From a virus (taxonomy: Duplodnaviria; Caudoviricetes): a stretch of 58,345 nt of DNA. The position numbers and the translations under genes are program-made. Location: the IMG/VR virus record IMGVR_UViG_3300038424_000171, positions 1-58,345 of that record. One strand, given 5' to 3'. Numbering within the stretch: position 1 is the stretch's first letter; each line of letters opens with the position of its first letter. Under the pieces are notes generated by a model that saw only the letters and a program-made list of their open reading frames with translations, was not told the DNA's origin and made no database searches. Shown here piece by piece: positions 55,472 to 58,345 of this stretch.

Positions 55472-56029
55472 ATGAAGATTATTAAAATTCTACCGCTGCT
55501 GATGCTCCTGCTTGCGCCATCTCTTCACGCAGCCTGCACGAATGGATGTCCGAATAACAGCGGCATCGGAGCAAACGTTGTAGGCGGACCGCCATCGGGA
55601 GCCGGCGAGTGCATCGAGTCGATTAGCCCGACTACCGCGCAATGGGTGTCATGCCCGTTCGCGTTGCCCTATCCGCTGGCGTTCTATTTCGCGGGGCCGT
55701 TGCCACTTGTGAATAGCGAATCTGATTGCGCGTTCGTGCCGAATGCGGCGACGATACCTCTCAATCTCGCGCGGTCGGGATGCTCTGCAACTACCACGGC
55801 GTTCGGTTCGGCAGTCTTCACTGTGACTGATACCCCATACGGCGGACTGCCGTCCACGGTTGCCACGTTCACTTTTACGGGCGGCTCGAAACTTTGCACG
55901 CCTTCGCTTCAAGCTGCGATTCCGATAGCGGCCAGAGACACGGTTTGCGTAGTCGGGCCAGCGAGTGCAGACGCGATCTTGGAAGGCGTTGTCGTCACGG
56001 TTTACGCCACGACGACGGATTATCCGTGA
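55472..56029 (+). CDS. Signal-peptide, Cys-rich tail-associated-like protein
   Basis: AGGAG RBS; MKIIKILPLLMLLLAPSLHA; VGPASADAILEGV C-terminal motif. Confidence 0.75.
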   Translation: MKIIKILPLLMLLLAPSLHAACTNGCPNNSGIGANVVGGPPSGAGECIESISPTTAQWVSCPFALPYPLAFYFAGPLPLVNSESDCAFVPNAATIPLNLARSGCSATTTAFGSAVFTVTDTPYGGLPSTVATFTFTGGSKLCTPSLQAAIPIAARDTVCVVGPASADAILEGVVVTVYATTTDYP

Positions 56030-57045
56030 ACTGGAGGCTGACATTCACAGGAGTTTTGATGTGCTTGTTGTATGCAACGTCGGGAGAGGCGCAAATCGCA
56101 GTCGTGGGTGTGCCGTCGGCGGCTTCGACTGTTACCAACGGGTTCACCGGCGGGCATGGATGTACGGCAGTGGAGTGCCCCGACATTCTAAGTCTGACGC
56201 TGAATAAGCCTACGGGCACGACGAGCGGAGATGTCGAATTGATCGGCCTGTATTTCGGTGACAGCTCCACATCGCCGTACCTGACACCTCCGGCTGGATG
56301 GACTCCCCTGGTATCCGAGATTGGCAGCAGCGCTTTTCTGGCGCTCTATTGCCTGAATGCAGGGGCCAGCGAACCCGCAAGCTATACCTTCCAGTTCAAC
56401 GGGAGTTATTGGGGCTACCTTTTTGCTTCGGGCGGTATCATTACTTATTCGGGTACGCAACCATGCGCGAGTCTTCTGGACACGAATACCGCCAAGGCGG
56501 GCGACGGCACAGTGCCGGTTGCTGGCGGTGTCACGACCACTATTCCGAACGACTGGATTGCGACGTTGTGGGGGTTCTCGTCCACCGATGCCGGCGGTAA
56601 CGAGGTATCGTCCACTCTCACGATCCCAAGCCCCTTGAATTTGGAATACGGGGTTTCATCGGTGGCGGGAATTCCGCCGGCAGGGGCGCTCGGAATTACC
56701 TGGGGAGATGAGGGGCCGGTCTCGCCTGGGCCGACGGGCAACTTTACGGGCAGCCTTACGAACAGCATCTTTTGGGATGTTTATACGCTTGCGCTCGCAC
56801 CTGCGAGTCCCACGGCGACTGCGACGCCGACTGCCACTGCAACGTCAACAGCCACTGCAACGTCAACAGCCACGGCAACCTCGACAGCAACGGCTACGGC
56901 GACTGCTACCGCTACCGGCGTTGCGACGGCGACTGCTACCGCTACCGCTACCGGCGTTGCGACGGCTACCCCAACTGCCACAGTTAGCGCGACACCAACA
57001 GCGTCACCAACGCCTGCGGGTAGGGTAACGGTGAGGATTCTGTGA
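56026..57045 (+). CDS. Signal-peptide protein with a beta domain and C-terminal TAT tract
   Basis: GTGA overlap; MNWRLTFTGVLMCLLYATSGEA-Q; KPTGTTSGDV...TPPAGWT...ASEPASYTF. Confidence 0.75.
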   Translation: MNWRLTFTGVLMCLLYATSGEAQIAVVGVPSAASTVTNGFTGGHGCTAVECPDILSLTLNKPTGTTSGDVELIGLYFGDSSTSPYLTPPAGWTPLVSEIGSSAFLALYCLNAGASEPASYTFQFNGSYWGYLFASGGIITYSGTQPCASLLDTNTAKAGDGTVPVAGGVTTTIPNDWIATLWGFSSTDAGGNEVSSTLTIPSPLNLEYGVSSVAGIPPAGALGITWGDEGPVSPGPTGNFTGSLTNSIFWDVYTLALAPASPTATATPTATATSTATATSTATATSTATATATATATGVATATATATATGVATATPTATVSATPTASPTPAGRVTVRIL

Positions 57046-57070
57046 CCACTGAGTGGCAAGGGCGTTGGGT

Positions 57071-57328
57071 ATGCGGAAACTAGCTCTACTCATCGCCGTG
57101 GTGCTGATGCTCGCGGGCACGGCGCGGGCGCAGATAGCGATTCCGATGCCGACCGCGACGCCGTGGCGTCCGCCGCCTATGCCACCGACCCCAAGCTGCA
57201 AAGGCTGCGGAACGCCGACTGCGAGTCCGACTCCTACGGAGATGTGGTGCGGGTCGTTCCTGCCGTCCTGCGAGTGGTGGAAGTGCGGCGTGCAGGTGCC
57301 TACACCATGTGCGATAGGGACGCCATGA
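57071..57328 (+). CDS. Small secreted Pro/Cys-rich protein
   Basis: MRKLALLIAVVLMLAGTARA-Q; six Cys. Confidence 0.7.
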   Translation: MRKLALLIAVVLMLAGTARAQIAIPMPTATPWRPPPMPPTPSCKGCGTPTASPTPTEMWCGSFLPSCEWWKCGVQVPTPCAIGTP

Positions 57329-57753
57329 AGCAGAACTTAGTATCAACTTTACTCATCGCCGTGGTGCTGATGCTCGCGGGCACGGCGCGGGCGGCGACGC
57401 CAACCGCAACCGCGACTGCAACCTACACGGCCACGGCGACTCCAACGGCAACACCAACCTATGTTCCTTTTAGCGCTGCTGCACCGACCACCGCATTGAT
57501 TCAGCAGGGCGCTGGCGTTCCGCCGACGCTTGTCGATGGCGAGATAGCTGTTCTTTCAGGGCCGTCATCGGTGACGTACAACTGTTGCGCGAGCGGCGGC
57601 TGCTCAATTAGTTGCACCCCTTGCTGTGCAGCAACTTCAAAGATCGCGCTGTACGACTCGTCGAGTGGTTGCGTATGCGCCGCCGCCACGATGACAATTT
57701 GCGTGACAACCACCGGCACCAACGCGACCGGCATGACCTTATCGACGCCATGA
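57325..57753 (+). CDS. Secreted TAT-linker, Cys-rich protein
   Basis: ATGA overlap; MKQNLVSTLLIAVVLMLAGTARA-ATPTATAT. Confidence 0.75.
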   Translation: MKQNLVSTLLIAVVLMLAGTARAATPTATATATYTATATPTATPTYVPFSAAAPTTALIQQGAGVPPTLVDGEIAVLSGPSSVTYNCCASGGCSISCTPCCAATSKIALYDSSSGCVCAAATMTICVTTTGTNATGMTLSTP

Positions 57754-58345
57754 AGAACTTAGCAGCAACAGCAGCAACTCTATTCATCGCCGTGCTGATG
57801 CTGTGCGTGGCAAGCGCCGATGCCCTAGCCGTGATTCAGTGCGTAAACTCGGGATCCACTTGCGGCACTACGAGTGTGACCTGCTCGTCTTTCAGCGGCG
57901 GCACAATCCAGCTTGGCGACGCTCTTTTCATAGGGACGGGCACGGTAACCTCAACAACGTCCAAACAGACCGTGAGCTCCATCAGCGAGGGTGGAGACAG
58001 CCCTACAGCTAACTATTGCTCTAAGAGCCAAGGCGCGGCAGCCGGTCAGAATGCTGCAATCGGGTACGTTCTCAACATCACCACCACCAGCCCGTCTGTC
58101 GTGGTCAATTTCACTGGCGGTCTAGTTATATGTACGCAGAATGTTTATGTAGTCGATCTCGGGCCGGCCGCCATAGATTCGAGCTCGGCCTGCGGGACAG
58201 CATCGGCTTCCAACACAACCGCCGTTAGTAGCGGCACGACGGGGACGCTATCGACCACACACGATGCAATCTTGGCGGTTGCAGGGTTTGTAGCTTCGGC
58301 GCTTAGCTCAGGGCCCACCGGTGGGTTTACCGAGTTGTCCAACCC
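57750..58345 (+). CDS. N-terminal part of a secreted protein that wraps to 491 (not in the ORF track)
   Basis: ATGA overlap; MKNLAATAATLFIAVLMLCVASADA; open to the window end and in frame with 54..491. Confidence 0.85.
   Translation, partial: MKNLAATAATLFIAVLMLCVASADALAVIQCVNSGSTCGTTSVTCSSFSGGTIQLGDALFIGTGTVTSTTSKQTVSSISEGGDSPTANYCSKSQGAAAGQNAAIGYVLNITTTSPSVVVNFTGGLVICTQNVYVVDLGPAAIDSSSACGTASASNTTAVSSGTTGTLSTTHDAILAVAGFVASALSSGPTGGFTELSN
58219..58345. repeat. Terminal direct repeat / circular assembly overlap (copy 2)
   Basis: Identical to 1-127. Confidence 0.97.

Noticed and set aside
52020-58345. Diversity-generating retroelement acting on fibre genes
   Set aside because: No reverse transcriptase, and no repeat pair differing mainly at adenines was seen

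Overview
The window is a complete, circularly permuted genome of a tailed dsDNA phage. Bases 1-127 are identical to 58219-58345, so the unique length is about 58,218 bp, and one gene runs across the junction. Morphology looks podovirus-like: TerL, a P22/N4-type portal, an N4-gp56-type major capsid protein, tail adaptor and nozzle, ejection proteins, and no tape measure or sheath. Module order: lysis and lipoproteins (0.5-4.3 kb), recombination and replication (4.3-14 kb), a mosaic accessory region with HNH nucleases and methyltransferases (14-27 kb), packaging and head (27-40 kb), tail and ejection (40-52 kb), and a block of signal-peptide-bearing Thr/Ala-linker proteins (52 kb round to 0.5 kb). 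No integrase, transposase, reverse transcriptase, tRNA or CRISPR array was recognised. Four features stand out. (1) Two transposase-less single-gene cassettes are bounded by the same 24-bp terminal inverted repeat; one has a perfect 8-bp target-site duplication and splits a reconstructable gene, and the other carries a dual-frame C5 methyltransferase. (2) The tail-fibre region consists entirely of Sec-signal-peptide, Cys-rich, TAT/TPT-linker proteins, and neighbouring genes share signal-peptide DNA. (3) A putative virion-modification kit (metallopeptidase-like protein, ATP-grasp ligase, two glycosyl/phosphotransferases) sits inside the head operon. (4) Genes are repeatedly flanked by short duplications of gene-junction sequence. 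All function calls come from motif recognition by eye; no database searches were run.
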